A DNA stretch of 64,000 nt from Amoebidium appalachense (GCA_963693365.1 CAVNZM010000001.1:6154907-6218906), one strand, 5' to 3'. Positions 41,343 through 54,832 are shown, counted from the stretch's first letter. Notes: generated by a model not told the origin, from the letters alone. A program made the numbers and translations.

Positions 41343-42711
41343 CGAGAGAGAGAGAGAGGAGAGAGAGGGGCGGGGGGGGGAGGGGGGGGGGGGAGGAGGA
41401 GGATAGGGGATGACCAACGGACGGCCTAATCATTGGTTGCTTCATACGCCGGACCCGATTGCAATTGACATCCAACCCTGGCTTCATATGGACATGAGCC
41501 GGGCTCAGCCGGCATCATAAAGGTGTGTACATATACAATTGCCTTTGGTACCTTTGAAATTCACCATGGTGGTCTGGGAACCTGCCCCACACGGATCAAG
41601 AATCATGGGTTTGCATTCTTGGTATGGTTGTGAATTCAATTAGTTCGCCTGATAGAAGTTTTGCCAGACATATACTGAGCTGTGCTGTATGTAAATATTC
41701 TTATAAAGTACGTACGTTGTAATTATCTAGGAGGCCTTGGTACGTACGTACATAGATTGCATCACTATGTTTTGTTGTAGGACCGTGTTATGTGCAGTGC
41801 CACTGGCTGCACATGCTACATTAATTACAGTGCCGCGCAATGCATGCAGACACAGACAGCTGATAGCCGTTTTTTTAAATAAATAAATAAATAAAAAAGA
41901 AGAAAAAAAGAAGAAAAAAAAAAGACTATCACTAGTAATAATTAGGTAGTGGGTTGAGTCGCATTAATTTGCTCTTCTGGCCCACTGAATAGACTTGTTG
42001 CGCTTGTTCGATAAATGCCACGGTATGTGCACGTGATTACCGAGCCACTTCATTCGTTGAGTTCTCCGAGCCGTAGTAATCATACACGGTGACACCAGTG
42101 CCCTAGGCCTGCATGCATGCAGCTGCGCACCGCCCGATTGCGAAAAATTCGATACTTCTCGAATGCGCCGTTTGGCGAGCTCGGGCCTGGTCATCATGCA
42201 TTTCGCAGCTTCTCAGAGTCAAGAAGGGCCTGGCGGGACTTGCCTCACAAACTTTTATGTACATGTGCACACAAGGACAAACGTTAACTTACCACAGTGC
42301 AATAAACACACATCATCAAGGTACACACAGCCGGCACACACGTACGGGGTCACACGCACCCACGCACCCACACACACACACGCGCGCACACATACATATG
42401 TATGTACACTACTACACACACACACTGTTGGCAAGTACACACACGCGTGCGCGCATACATACAGACCCCGACAGATGTCCCACTTTTTCACTGTATGGAG
42501 GGGTTTTTTATTTCAAAATCAGATGTTATTTGCCGGGAATTCAAATAAGGCCCCGCCTGAACTGCCCCGCCCGGGTCCAAAAATGCCCGTGACCAATTTC
42601 ACACCCTGGGTCTGTGCAATCCGGTATATCGATCAACTTGAGGGCCTCTGAGTCCTGGTCATTGCGATCATGCGAGTCTGCGGATGGTACATGTACATGT
42701 AACACCCATGG

Positions 42712-43104
42712 TTGCATGACTGCCACCGCCGTACTGGCTATTTGTACGCTGACGAGAAAATGTGCGTGCATGGCCAAAAGAGATGGAACAAGAGGTACTC
42801 AGTGATCGATATATTTGTACAGGCTCGATCACGCATCCGAAGCATACGTAGCTACAGAAGTACCAACGGTCCTCCTGTACAATATTTGCTCACTGGGAGG
42901 GGTACAGGTAGATATGTTGTTTGGTTTAGAGGCTGTAATCATGTGTTGCCAATTGGGACAAGGTCAAAAGCAAATCCACTTTACAAACGACTTGAAGCCT
43001 TACAGGCAGTGTTCCACTTTAGTAAACAGCTCCCACATCCATCAGTTCAAACCCTGGTCCTATGGGAGATCTATGGCGAAGCCGATCTGAAGTATTGCCC
43101 ATAA
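42712..43104 (+). CDS. Hypothetical protein (130 aa, start uncertain)
   Basis: Non-repetitive ORF in a microsatellite-free island. Non-ATG start and no recognisable motif. Confidence 0.2.
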   Translation: MHDCHRRTGYLYADEKMCVHGQKRWNKRYSVIDIFVQARSRIRSIRSYRSTNGPPVQYLLTGRGTGRYVVWFRGCNHVLPIGTRSKANPLYKRLEALQAVFHFSKQLPHPSVQTLVLWEIYGEADLKYCP

Positions 43105-43543
43105 AAGGTTACATGAAAGCTAGGCGCCATTCCACTGGATGCGCGCGATTTCGTTGTACCGCCCACGCCCGTTCATGGAGGATAGGTGCGGTGCGCACGA
43201 CTCCACACTATATAATGAGGTTCTTCTTTGATGCATGTTAGCCTAATGGTGGGGTGTATCTTGTATGTGCAACACTAGTAGCAACAAGCAATCATATCTC
43301 AAAACAATATTCTTTGGCAGTTAGTTATGCTTCAAGATCAGGAAGGGTGACATACTAGTAACACATTGAGTAATTCAAGGCCCTTTAGGAGGGATCGAGG
43401 ATGTCCACCGGATCACCATTGTTTAAGGCGATGGCCAGTTAACGAGCCCATTTAATAAGACATGGCTAGAAACCACACTGTGTGCACGTTGAAAGAACCG
43501 TTCGCTTTGCCCCTAGTACTCATCCTTCAAGTATTCTTCTAGC

Positions 43544-44772
43544 ATGGCCCTCCCATGCCACCGCCAGCACCCATCAGACTCAATGGCAAAATCAGATGTG
43601 TACACGATGCGCTACATGACCATCAGAGCATCACCGAGAAAGCTAACCGTGCAAGAAATACAGGAGTGTTTGCTTCCCACCAGCATTAAACACACACCAT
43701 CACCGCAAGTTACCAACTCCCATGCCTCGACATCCGAATCGTTTCCTGACCAGTCGTTGCTCGTTGTTGGTGGCAGCAAGGCAGGGAAACCATGCGAGCT
43801 GCATGGAGTCTTAGAAGTTCCGAAGAAAGAAGATGAATCAATGTCATACAGCGAGTTTCTCGGGTCACAAACAACACCATCCTCCACGCCAGTTACCACA
43901 TGTCACGGTCGCCGTGGGGTTGCTACAAACTCGACGACGACTTATTTCGAATCGACGCCTCCCTTTGCAGAAACAACTGTAACAAGGCACCCTACGTATA
44001 CAAAGTCTTCTTATGATTACCCCGACGGTCTTCTGGCCTGTCAGCATCTTGGTGGCTTTAACAGCTTTCATACCGCCAAGCTGACAAATTCTGCAACATC
44101 AGCCGGAGACTTCTGGGAGGCAACCTGGCTACGTGGCACTCCAGTAGTAGTGAGTTAATGAATGCGGAAGACTTTCGCAAAACAGGCGTGCATTTTCCTT
44201 GGCCAGATAGACCGAAAAAAGCAGCATCGGTTCTCACCAATGCAGGGCAACCCGGCCCATTCCTTGTTACAATGGACAACCCCATGGTTCGTGATGGTTA
44301 CACAGTACAAAACGTGGTGATGCTTCAGCCGTCAACGGGGAAGAAACACAGTTTTGTTTTGTTTCAATGCTACAGGACATCACTACTCGACGCACGAATA
44401 ATTGCTCGTGGTGAAAAGGACATCCACTCGCTGATTTCACTCATACGCGACGCAAACGAGCTTTTACACGCACATACACTACTTTGTCTGGTGTACTCTA
44501 ACGGTTTCGCGGGCCGGCTAGCTACATATTGCATCATGCACACTGTTCTCATTGGCACACAAGATATCATGACGCTAAACCGGCGAGGGCATGTGCGTGC
44601 GGCAATTGAACAGAACTTGCAATACCTTGGAGGGTTGGTAAACGAAAATCTTAGTGAGGATATTGAAGCCGCTGCAGTGTTGCTCGAAACACTCGCTACT
44701 CCTGAATGTGACTATGATACTTTCGTGCGGTTGATGTTGGAGCATGGTGATGACATGTACATGGCCCCGTGA
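43544..44772 (+). pseudogene. Intronless protein tyrosine phosphatase-like gene, catalytically degenerate, split by a 1-nt frameshift at ~44155
   Basis: ORF1 ends TSAGDFWEATWLRGTPVVVS (PTP DFWxMxW...VIVML). ORF2 continues FPWP, GPFLVT, DGYTVQNVVM, HSFVLFQCY and CLVYSNGFAGRLATYCIMHTVL, which aligns with VHCSAGVGRTG but lacks the Cys. The two ORFs overlap at TAATG. Confidence 0.7.
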
Positions 44773-45436
44773 ACAATCCTGACTGGGCAACGGTGTCACA
44801 CAAAAGTAATGGGTTGATGCTCTCGCTGCCCCCATTTGCTTTGGCGTGTTATATTTTTTACCCCATTGGTGACTCTCAATGTGTGATTAATGATCAGTTA
44901 CCATAGCGCTGTTCCTTCTTACCTATATACCGGGTCTTGCTGATGTGCCACAGTTTATCAGCGAATTGTGAATTACAGTATCAATAGTTGAATTCGGATG
45001 TGGTTCTGACTCAAAGTTCATGGTACATGGTGTTCAGTTTCAACAGCGGTTCATGATATACTTGTCTTGGTGATCATATGTTCATTGTAGTGTTTTATTT
45101 ACTTGAATCACTGATATTTTTATACTCAGTATGGCATGTGCGTATATGTCGGACTCCGACGCTTCAAACGGCCCTGAGCTGACTCAAAGGCCACGCACCA
45201 TGTTCATTAAGCTTGGCACTGGGTACCGCAGCCGTGACTACACTGAATGCTCTGTTGTACAAACAAATCAGTGACACGGTGCACGTGAGCCTTATGAAAG
45301 TACATTTCATTAGTTGATCGTCATACATGAATGATGCCATATATTTATTGAAGCCTGTGCAGTGCTGATGAAGAATAAATACACACGAAGCATGAGATAC
45401 ATCAGCGGTCTTACCGTGCGCATGCCATTTACGAAA

Positions 45437-45924
45437 GGGCCTAACCACGTCGGCCAACCGTAGAGTCAACTTGCTCCGAGTATAGTTATTCTGCAAAAAG
45501 CAGAACTATTCTCCAAATAGCAGAATTATTCCGCTGGAAGTAGACTTATCCTGATAAAAGTAGAATTATTCTGCAAAAAGCATAACTAATGGCTCAGCGA
45601 AGCAAATTTATTCTGCTGCCGTGAGCACTATGTGTACATAGTTCTGTTTCTACCGCAATAATTCTGCCTTAAGCAGAAAAGTTCTATAAAAAAAAGGCAG
45701 AGTGAATCTGCTTTTTCTGAAAATTTCTACTGTTTGCAGAACAAATCTAGACTTTTGCAGAATAATTAATTCAGCTTCTAACAGATTTTTCTAATTCAGC
45801 TTCTTAGACTAGCAGAATAATTCTGCTTTCAGCAGAATATGTTTCAGTTTTTTGCAGAATGATTTTGCTTTTAGTAGAATAATTCTGCTCGAAGCAAGCT
45901 GACTCTGCCGATGTGATTAGGCCC
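45437..45924. mobile_element. Foldback MITE with long TIRs built of palindromic subrepeats (PIF/Harbinger-like ends)
   Basis: Left GGGCCTAACCACGTCGGC..AGAGTCAACTTGCTCCGAG versus right CTCGAAGCAAGCTGACTCTGCCGATGTGATTAGGCCC. The interior is an inverted array of GCAGAAT(T/A)ATTCTGC units. Confidence 0.78.
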
Positions 45925-46357
45925 TCACTACCCGTCACTGACTCAGTCCCTATTCAAAATCCCTCCTGATTCTTCTAGAGGCCTCCCGGTGACAGGAACC
46001 TTTTCTACCTATCCTTTCCCACTGCTGTGTAAAACGCCTCATATGCATGCACACGCTCATTGCCAAAATAGAACTTGAATTTCTCTGATTACTTGGTATC
46101 TCAAAGTTTTTGCCCGGGCTAATTTTCTACTGGGCATACGTGTACTGAGTGCATGTGATAAGTGCAAGCAGTAGGTACGTGGAGGTAGGGGGGAAGGAGG
46201 GGAGGTGGGGAGGTGTGTGTGTGCGTGCGTGCAGGTGGGGTGGGATGGGATGGGGTGTTGTGTTTGGGGGGGGGGGGGGGGGGGGGGGGGGGAGGGGGTG
46301 GGGATGGGGGGAGATGTGTGTGTGTGTGTGCGTGTGTAGGAGTTGGGGAGAGAGGGG

Positions 46358-46388
<31 letters not shown>

Positions 46389-46537
46389 CTAAGGGTGGCG
46401 CACAAACGTTGAACACTAGCATGATATAAATGAATGCGCCGGGTCCACCAGACCCAACGTGAGTGTTCGCGCGATAGCATGTATGTATGTGTGTGTGTCA
46501 CATCACTCAAATACCATTTGTGTGTGTGCGCGCGCGT

Positions 46538-46572
<35 letters not shown>

Positions 46573-46655
46573 AGGGGGGGGGGGGGAGAAGAGATATATA
46601 TATATATATATATTGTGTGTGTGTGTGCACATTTGTGTGTGTGTCTGCGTGTCAC

Positions 46656-46705
<50 letters not shown>

Positions 46706-46720
46706 AGAGAGAAAGACATA

Positions 46721-46778
<58 letters not shown>

Positions 46779-46842
46779 AAAAAGAGAGGGGGGGGGGAGG
46801 GAGAGGGAGAGGGGGGGGAGGGGAGGGGGGAGGGAGAGGGAA

Positions 46843-46939
<97 letters not shown>

Positions 46940-48707
46940 CTATGTAACGGGAGAGAGCTCGAGTGGAGGGGAGGAGGGTGAGAAAGGTGGGGGGAGGGGG
47001 GGCAAGAGGGGGAGGGGAAGAGAGCCGGGAGAGGAAGGGGGGAGGGGGGGGGGAAGAAGTGGAGAGAGAGAGAGAGCAAGCGAGAGAGGCAGAGGGGGGG
47101 AGGGGGGTGGGGAGAGGGGGGGGGGGGGGGGGGGGGGGAGAGAGAGTGAGAGAGAGATAGAGAGCTCGAGAGAGAAGCAGGGAGGGAGAAGACAGGGGGC
47201 CCGGGGTCTGAGTATCAGAAAGTGGCCCTTACATATTGCAGGCATAACTTAAAACGAAGCTGTACACCAAATCTTTGAAGTTGAATGGAGGGAGGGGGGG
47301 GGGGGGGGGGGGATATGGGGGGGGGGGGGGGGGGGGGGGAAGATGTACTGTAGTTATGGGCCCAGATCTAGACACCAACCCAAGCAGTTCTTGCACCAAG
47401 ATTTCTTAGGTATTTCCTGCCTGGTGGTGCAGTATTTTATGGCACTGCGCCTAAATAAAAGTATCATATCGTCCACAGACGCAGCGCGCGCGCAGGTAGC
47501 GTTAGCTAAGAGCTCAGCGGCGTCAACCAGCCCATAAACTCATCCGATGCAAGTGAACAGAGGGGAGGCGTGACGCAAACAGATTGGAATGTGAAAAACT
47601 GCATGGTGATTGGTTAGCTTCGGATTATGGGCGATCACACGAGACACATGCTAGGAGTCTAAAGTTCGGGGCTTATGAATCTTCATTTTACGCAAGTATA
47701 ATTCAGAATTCTCTGATTCTTTATGCCATGTGGGGCATATAATTAATAAATAAATCCATAAGTAATAAAAAATTTAACAAACAACGAATTTTAATGAATA
47801 TTTTAATCATTTGTGCAATAACTTTCCCTTTTTGGTCGTGTAAATTTTTTTGGTCATTTGTAAAGCGATAAGATCTTTTGTGGCCCCATTTTCACTACAT
47901 CGAAGGGGAGCCTTTTGGAGGGGAAACTTCCCCCTGTTGTACAATTCAGTCACCCCGGCCCTTCCACAAGTTTATGGCTACATACTTAAAGAGTAACACC
48001 CAATATGCCGTGTCCCTCACAAAGCAATTGTTACTTCTTGTAGGATTCATACTACACAATCTAAAAAGGCAAAGCCCTTTTTTGTTGAAGCAAGCGCACA
48101 AAACGTGGCATAGATAGATATGGGTAGCTATATGCCTGCTTGCATACACCCGTAACCACCTGCCCTGATACGGATGTTGAATTGGAATGTGTATGCACGC
48201 TTGGATGCACAGGTATCCGCACACGCGCACAAAACATAAATTTACATGTAATTCACGACAAAAACACAAGAACACATCAAAGACAACGCAAAGAGAGAGA
48301 CACCCACACACTAGCTGGGCACACGAGCACAAACATGAAGGTGTCACACAGTCGGGCATGAAAACACACAGGAGCGTGTGGAAAAAGAAACTGACACGTG
48401 CCGCATTCTGTTGAGTTCCGCTGTGTCGGTGTTGATTTCATTGATCAAGCCAACAACTGGCGTCATTTCTTCTCTTGTTTTTCAAACTCATATTACGTGG
48501 CACTCAAAAGACAAATTTGTCAACGACAAGCCAAAAATGTACACACTATATCTTCAACGTTTCTGAAGTGACCTCCATGACGTTCCCAGTTTCAACATCA
48601 CAACCTGAGGTGAGCAGAGCGTCCCCCCCCCCCCCCCCCCCCCCCCCCCTTCTCTTCTTTTCCTCTCTCACTGATCTCCCACTCCGGCCCCCCCCCCCCC
48701 CCCCCCC

Positions 48708-48744
<37 letters not shown>

Positions 48745-50179
48745 GAATCCTTCCTGCGCAGAGCTCTACTGCTTTCTGCTATCGCTTGTTCTTATGCCCG
48801 CGGGTCAATTCCTGATTAAACGATTTTTCCCGATTTGCAGACGTTGGAATAAAATCAGCCTTCAACTCTTTTGTTCGAATATTTATAAGTCCTGTAAGTC
48901 CTGTACACACACTACCGAAATGCAAAAACACCACCATATACCCACCACCCGTAGAAAGAAAAGTATGGCTCCCCAAAAACCCAAGACACTCACAAATACA
49001 CCCCCCACACACACCCGGCCAGCCTGTCCTGACTGCCGGAACACACACAGACCCAGTGTGCCCTGTAAAATTCACCTTTTAGTTCTCAAAAACATCGCCA
49101 CAACATACGTACAACAACACATAATGTTAGGCAGCAACCCCCCCCCCACAACCACCACCACACCCCATCATCCACCCATACCCACCGTAAATACTATACA
49201 CAACACTTAGGACTTCCCAATACTGTAGATCGACCAATGAGAGCCCTCGGTTAACGTTTATTGCTAGGTTTTGAATGGAGGGGAGGACTGGAGCCTCCTG
49301 CCAGCGTGGCTGGGGTAGTAGCCCTGGGCAAAGTGTGTACTTATAGTTAGGTTGTGAAGGATGGTTTAGCTTAGCTGAACTCATAGATAGCACCTTAACT
49401 AGTGTACTGTCGGTGCTGTGTGGTAGACGGTAGTTTCCCTAGAGGGCCTGAAAAGGCCCTCCGGGAACAAAATGTAATAAAAGAAAATGTACACACACTA
49501 CCCCCCCCTTCCCCTCCCCCCCCCCCCGTACACACACATACACCGCACGCACGCATGCACACACGCACGCACACACGCACGCACGCACGCACACACGCAC
49601 ACTAAAACTCAATGCACAAGAGCCTCTTCAGCTATCATAATGAGTAGCAAGCATTCATATGCATGCACACACAACAAATGCAGGTATACCCCTCCCCCCT
49701 CCTCCCCCCCCATCCCCCCACCTCCCTCCCCCCTCCCCCCGGCCTGCAAATACACACACACACACAACACACCCGACACCCCAAAAGCTTAAAAACGAAC
49801 CAAAAAGAAGGAGAACACGAAAAAAAGGAGAAAAAGTTAATTCGGCAAAATGCATATATTAAACAAAAGAAAAGAGAAAGAGGAAGAATTTAAAGTCTGA
49901 AGGCAAGAGAAGGCTAGTAAGAGCAGGATTAAATCCGTTGTCACGTCCTCCCCTCCTTCTCCCGCCTCCCCCGGGACCTCCCGAGCCTATCCCCCCCCCC
50001 CCCCCCCCCCCTTCCCCCCCCCTCCCCCCCCCCCCCCCCCACCTACCCACCCCATCTCCCCTTCCTCTCCCCTTGTATAAAAGCATGACCGGTGCAATAA
50101 CAAGATGTAAAAAGAATCATATTTCAATATCGATGTGTAATTCAGCCGATCTAATCTTTTTATTTTTGCAGGGGGTCAA

Positions 50180-50790
50180 ATGGCGAGCTCATGGGACCCG
50201 CGACAGGACCGCACACTTGGTGTTACGGTTAAAATCACGTGTTCGGTGGGAATGACTGGAAGCTTCCTCATTCTCGCACTCTACGCACTTACATCTGAAA
50301 CAGAGCGCACGGTACGACATAGAATTCTCGCTCTTTTGTCCGTATGTCTGTTGATATCCAATACGGGGAATTTTATCGGAACATGGACCTTTTCTTCTCA
50401 CACGTGGTGCGCTTTTCAGGTGGGTGGGGATTTATTTTTTGTGCGCTTTTATGTCCACCTTTCCCTTATCTTAGTTGTTGCACTGTATAAAGTGCCCTAT
50501 TAGAAAATTTTACAGGGCACCTTAACAACACCATTCTTTCTCCCTCCCTCCCCCCCCCCCCCCCTCCCCCACACGCTTACCCCCCCCCCCCCCCCCCCCC
50601 CCCCCTCTCCCCCGTGCTCACTCCCATTCCCTCCCCCCCCCCCCCCCCCCCTCCCCCCCCCCCCCCCCCCCCCCTTCCCCTCCGCCTTCCTCCCCCTTCC
50701 CCCCTCACTCCCTACCTACAACCTACACACCAAGTTTAGTGTTTCTTTTGTGAACCATGCAGCACACATACACGTCAACGTGTGGAGCCC

Positions 50791-50838
<48 letters not shown>

Positions 50839-50851
50839 ACCCACCCCCCGC

Positions 50852-50882
<31 letters not shown>

Positions 50883-51222
50883 AAAAAGAAAAAGAAAAAG
50901 AAAACAAGAAAAAAGAAAAGAAAACACCACCATCACCACCACCACCTACCTCCACAACTACCACCACCTTGCCCACCACCAGAGATTTTAGGCTACTTAG
51001 CACATGCTGTAATGTTTTGGTTGCAAAATACAGCTGCATTTTGCCCCAAAGTCACCAGGCCCCCATTCACCCTTCCCCTCCACCCCCACCCCCATGTAAA
51101 AATCATAAATAAAGCACACACACCGACACACAAACACAGACACAGACACACACCCACACACACACACACACACACGCACGCACGTACGCATGCACGCACG
51201 CGCGCACGCGTGCACGCATGCA

Positions 51223-51298
<76 letters not shown>

Positions 51299-52475
51299 GG
51301 TTCCTCGTTCAATTTGGAACCGGTAACGCCCTCTGGGTTGCATACCTCACCACACACATGGCTCTTACTATACTCTGTGGATGCACAAAATCTCAGTTGC
51401 GATATTTCGTCTTTTTTGCATCTTTCATATCGTTTGGCTACCCTCTTGCAACGGGAATTTTCTATCTTATTCAGGATATGTATGCTCCCTCGGGCCCGTG
51501 GTGTTTCATTTCGGGAAATTATCAAAATCACCGAATGTTGATGTTTTTTTCCGTTGTTTGGGGCTGCATTATATATCTCATTGTTGTTTCTTCGTTATTT
51601 ATCGTCAGGCTATGCCTTCACTTCCGACGTCTTCAGCGATTGCACGTTTTGCCAATCACAGAATTCAACAAGCGAATCGTATTTCAGGTTATATCATTTT
51701 CTGTTGTTTTTCTTCTGGTGTGGATTCCACCGACACTTAACCGCGTTTACAATCTCAAAAACCCAACACAACCCTCTTTCATCCTTTCATACCTCACTGT
51801 TCTCGTAACCCCCCTCGAAGGATTTTTCAATTTTCTGGTATATGTGTTCCCCGCTGTGTATCGAAAATACGCGAAACTGGGGAGACTGGATCGCGTTGTT
51901 CTTAATCTCAATAGTGCTCTGCCCCCCGTTTTCGCCCCCAACACCGCTGTGCAACGATCGAGTTCAGAAACCCAAACAACGTTCATACAGGTATAACCCG
52001 CCCCCCCCTCCCCCTACCCCTACCCCCCTTCCCCCCGCGCTAACCTCTCCCCCTCGTGCTCTTGTGTTTTATCCCTCTCTTCGGGCCTTCCCCTTCAGCT
52101 CCTTTCCCGTTTCTTTCTTGTGCGAGCCTGTAAGCTACCTTATATTCAATCAAAAGCTTTCTCCGTTCGTCATGTCACTGCTGCTTCCCCTCCCCCCCCC
52201 AACACACACACACACACATACTGCCTGTGCCTGAAGGTTGCTCCAAACTAGGCTACAATTAGTACCTACCTCAAACCTTAAAATCTTACCAAACAAGCCC
52301 CTCACCACCCACCCCTTCTTTCTAATTTAGGTCACGATGATTTTTGTAGGCAGACGTGCATTTTGATGGCCCTTGCACACACGCTTACACTACTTATACA
52401 AACAGAAATACTCATAATATATATACGTGACATATTTATATATATCATAGTAGTACACAGTGTGTATGTATGTAT

Positions 52476-52511
<36 letters not shown>

Positions 52512-52528
52512 GTATATATATATTTATG

Positions 52529-52593
<65 letters not shown>

Positions 52594-52678
52594 TATGTAT
52601 GTATACCATACGCACGCACCCGCACACACACAAAAACAAACACACACACAAACACACACACACATACACACACACACA

Positions 52679-52745
<67 letters not shown>

Positions 52746-53074
52746 CCCCCCCCCCCCTCCCCGCCTCCTCTCCCTCCCTCTCCCTCCCTCCCTCTCTTCT
52801 CCCTCATAACCGAGGAGACACAAGCAAGCACACTAACACCTATACGACATCCCAGCAGGCAGCAATTACTATGGGTGGTCTTCCAGACCCTACCCAATCA
52901 CAAACAGGCAGGGCGTCCAAAAAGCATCTGCTTGGGCTTTCTGTTGGGCCAAAATCAGCATGTGAACATTGTCAAGGAGAACACACGAATGTAGGTCCTG
53001 TAGAACCCCCCACTATCGGGTTTGGACCGTCGGGGGGTTATGATGTGATCTGTGAAAATGTAGTCTCCGTGTGA
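50180..53074 (+). CDS. cAMP-receptor-like (Dicty_CAR/Git3-type) G-protein-coupled receptor
   Basis: Exon 50180-50419 (…WCAFQ|gt) splices in phase to 51298-51990 after (CA)n-AG: [41 protein letters not shown], 7 TM helices. It either stops at 51996 or splices at CAG|GTATAA (followed by a C-tract) to a third exon 52856-53074 preceded by a CACTAAC branch-site match. Confidence 0.88.
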
Positions 53075-53491
53075 TCATTACAATGCATAATAATAAGTTT
53101 AGGATTCGGAGTGTACATACATATATATAGCAACGACACTTGCCTTCTTTTTTTACTCTAGAAGTGTCTCACTGAGTTGTTTTTGTAGCATTTTTTGCCA
53201 TGCAAAAAAATACTGCACATATTGTTTTACACTGGCAGTTGGGAATCACAAAAGGCTATAGTAAGTGATGGGTGGAGTACAGAATTTTGATTTATGCCTT
53301 GCCTCTGTTGTCGGTAGTTACGCAAATCAATTGGAAAATACTAAAACCCCTATGTCACTCCTATATGTAAATGCAATACATAGGCCTTTTTCCGATGATA
53401 TGCCAGATATGCACAAACTTTTACAGGGCCTCTGTGTATAGGTCTTTAAGCACTGCAGGGAATGTTTGGTTCTCACCAATACGAGAGAATT

Positions 53492-53713
53492 AATGGTCAG
53501 GGATTTAGACTTTACCACCGTGTGCACGGATGTATATATGCCACGGCGCCTGGGTGAGTCAATGGTGTGTGTGTGTTCTCTCTCGTCCAGTCTCTCCGAC
53601 TCAATGGTCAGGGATTTAGACTTTACCACCGTGTGCACGGATGTATATATGCCACGGCGCCTGGGTGAGTCAATGGTGTGTGTGTGTTCTCTCTCGTCCA
53701 GTCTCTCCGACTC
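53492..53713 (+). repeat. Exact 111-bp tandem duplication
   Basis: AATGGTCAGGGATTTAGAC...GTCCAGTCTCTCCGACTC at 53492 and 53603. Confidence 0.95.
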
Positions 53714-53718
53714 AATGA

Positions 53719-53828
<110 letters not shown>

Positions 53829-54166
53829 CTCCCCCCCCCCTCCCCCTCTCCCTCCAACCGCCCCCTCTCTGTCTCTCTCCCCCTCTCCTCCCTCCCCTCT
53901 CTCTCGTCCCCCCCTTCCCCCGCCTCCCCACTTCGCTCTAGCTCTTGCTCTCGCACTTTCTCTCTTTGTCTCTCTCTCTCTTTCCCCTCCTCCCCCCCCC
54001 CCCCCCCCCCCAATCTCTGTGTGGGTGTGTGTATGTGTGCGTGTAGAGTAGTGCATGTGCACGTGTGCGTGTCTGTGGGTGGGTGGGTGTGACTGGACGT
54101 GTATGTATGTGTGCTTGTGTGTGTGTCTGTCTGTGTGTCGCGTGACTGTGTGTGTGTGTGCGTGTG

Positions 54167-54240
<74 letters not shown>

Positions 54241-54752
54241 TGTTTGTGTGTGCGTGTGTGTGTGCGTGCATGTGTGTGTGTACATGTATGTGTGTGTGTG
54301 CCGGTGCGTGTGTATGTGTGCGTGTATGTGTGCGTGTGTGTTTGTGTGGTTATAATTATGTTGTAGTATGGTCGTTCTGTTTGTAGTTCGCAACCGGAGG
54401 TACAGATATATGTGTGTGGATCCACAATTAGGGCAGTTGACGTATTTTTTGCTTCAGTGACGCAGTACTGTATAGCAAGGTCCGGGCATCGTCGAATCAA
54501 TTCATTTGTAACATCATTTTCGTTTCGGCCGCGGTATGTATGCTTGGCGATTCAAGCAAGCACAGGCCGGAAACATGTGCAGACAGATCCAGTAATAATA
54601 ATACAATGAGAAACCGAAAGAGCTCGAAGGCTATCTCTAGCAGTACCCATTACCAGTGCAAGCTTTTGAACACAAACAAATACTCCAATGTGGTAGGTTT
54701 CTACTGTATCCCGGGATCATACACGCACACACGCGTGGGCGCAGACACACAT

Positions 54753-54832
<80 letters not shown>

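Noticed and set aside
42461-42615. Possible MITE with ACAGACCC...GGGTCTGT ends
   Set aside because: Only 8 bp of inverted match and no clear TSD.
45360-45395. CTGATGA as a hammerhead ribozyme core
   Set aside because: No stem II or GAAA core follows. The same holds for the other CTGATGA sites I checked.
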